In this document: piece after piece, positions 60,901 through 64,000 of the stretch
How positions within the stretch are numbered: position 1 is the first letter of the stretch
Layout of the letters: each line of letters begins with the position of its first letter
Assembly (NCBI RefSeq): GCF_009914755.1
Contig: NC_060936.1
DNA length: 64,000 nucleotides
Strand: one strand, 5' to 3'
Origin: the human T2T-CHM13v2.0 reference genome, Homo sapiens
Translations under genes and position numbers: made by a program
Notes under the pieces: generated by a model
Database searches by the model: none
The model's input: the letters and a program-made list of their open reading frames with translations, nothing else
Told to the model about the DNA's origin: nothing

Positions 60901-61699
60901 TTTCCCCACACACATAACACACACACACATCACATACATACACATCACACACAAGTAGAGCTTAAAAATATATGGCATTTTTATTTTTGTCATTGTTTTG
61001 TCACTATTATTTTTAATGCTATTGCTATTTGCATTAAACAGAGTGAGAACCCACTTCTTCTGATGTCCCCTCTCAGTGCCTTACCCAAAAATATTGTAGG
61101 TGAAAAGATAAAGAAGGAATAAAAAATTATAACAGTGAAAATGAACAATAAATAAGTAACCCCAAAGGCAACATAAGAGCTAATAATTTTTCCATCAAAT
61201 GTGCACTGAAACTATGAAAGATGCAGCAGAACTGTTAAAATATGTTCCATATCCTCCTGCATTATCTTCCAAAGTAGCATGGAGGCCAGTGATGCAAATA
61301 ATGATTCAGGTGTTGTTATCAGAGAACACGCATTACATGATTCAAGGTGCATGACTGCATGCTTGCTAAGAGTATTTGGGGAAGGCATTTCTTAAATCAT
61401 CAGAAGCTGTCTGGGAGGAAAAGTTTATAACTTCCTTTCTTAAAAGGAAATATCGAGCTTCCTTCCTAACATGGGACTGGAGAACATTAAACTTACATTC
61501 TCCTAGTAGCCAAAAAGTAACCCAAAAGTTGCATCTACTTAATTTTGAAGTTTTTGGGTTCATTCCCATGAACATGGTCATATTACGGTTTCCTCTAAAG
61601 ACAAACCACTCCATGCAAAATGAAATGTTATTAGCCACATGCCTACCGTATTTATGCTTCATGGGATATGTCAGACAACTGCCAAGCTCTTGTCCATAT

Positions 61700-61945
61700 C
61701 ACAACATACCCAGTGTAGGGAGCCCACAGCATTAGAATCAGACTTCAAGCTCTCTCTTGCACTCCTAGTTAAAGGAGCTTTGCAATGTTACTCAGCCCCA
61801 ATGAACCTTCATTTTCTTATCTCATGCAATGGCTATCAGTGCATTTTCCTCCTATGGTTGTTTTGAAGATTAAAGAGATGGTATATGTAAAGTTTCTGGC
61901 AGAGAGCCTAAAAAATAGCAGGTGCTTGATAAATGTTAATTTCGT
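61700..61945 (+). mobile_element. MIR remnant
   Basis: 3' end 'gttttgaagattaaagagatg...gcaggtgcttgataaatgtta'. Confidence 0.6.
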
Positions 61946-62606
61946 TTCAATTCCCCAGATGTCTCAAACCACGGGCCTCTTGCTCTGACTAGTTCATCTG
62001 TTCACTTAATCCATGTAAAGTATGTTACCCTTCACTGATAACAGAAAACATTTTTACTGAAAAATGATCTATACCAAGATAAGTGACATAATTAGTAGTA
62101 ATAGGGCATCTCAAATGCATCATAGAAGAGAAATTTTGAATCAGCTGAGACATAAGTAGCTATCTAACAACTTTACCTAAATGAGCCCAGAAAAAAGGAA
62201 ATAGACTCCAAAAGTTTTGTTAAGAGATTAAACAAGATTATTAAACAAAGTATAGTAGACAATTGTTTTTGCTACCTGATTCCTATCTACTCTTCTGTGG
62301 AAACTTTGTTTTGTGCAACCAACCTTGCCCCATTCTCACATTGTGCACCCAAAGTGTAGTGAATACCTTCCCTGGGCTGCAAGGATAGAGTATATATTTA
62401 GCCTAAGCTAAATCAGACAGCCTAGGCCACACTCAACCCATGTGTTCACATGCCATGTTTCGGAGACAGGAAATGGGACTTAATTAGAGGACCAGTTTTA
62501 AGCTCTCAGGCAAGAGATTACTCTCCTGCTTAATGAAAATGCTGAAACTCTAAGCGTAAAGGTACAAGTGGCCTCCGTGTAAGAGCCTTGGAAAGAAACC
62601 ATTCCA

Positions 62607-64000
<1,394 letters not shown>

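Noticed and set aside
61366-61735. Overlapping antiparallel ORFs of 119 and 98 aa in unique DNA
   Set aside because: No recognisable domain, the + ORF starts at a non-ATG codon, there is no splice support, and the end runs into a MIR.

Overview
AT-rich, CpG-poor human genomic DNA; an Alu carrying all five AluYa5 diagnostic bases points to Homo sapiens. No protein-coding host gene, tRNA, rRNA or CRISPR can be supported. The long ORFs in the track are L1, Alu or microsatellite read-throughs. Transposable elements dominate: an old L1PB-like element (1-3.9 kb) carrying an MLT2A LTR and two Alus, a young 5'-inverted (twin-primed) L1PA2/3-like insertion with TSDs (7.9-12.3 kb) carrying an AluYa5, a full-length old L1PA (17.2-23.9 kb), two independent MER4-family solo LTRs, MaLR/ERVL LTRs, DNA-transposon relics, many Alus, and MIR/L2 remnants. 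Splice-site patterns suggest the window lies inside a minus-strand non-coding or 5'-UTR transcription unit (candidate exons about 50973-51192, 14825-14894 and 4401-4480). The most unusual observation is inside ORF1 of the full-length L1: a short stretch of L1 sequence is replaced by a ~160-bp inverted copy (18661-18822, about 86% identical by hand alignment) of apparently unique sequence 32 kb away (50924-51086). The copy spans the candidate exon/5' splice site and has microhomology at both junctions. This looks like a local templated capture, either an RT template switch onto the host nascent RNA or a DNA-repair template switch, and it leaves the putative pre-mRNA with a self-complementary copy of its own splice donor. 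Subfamily names come from remembered consensus features, not from a database search.
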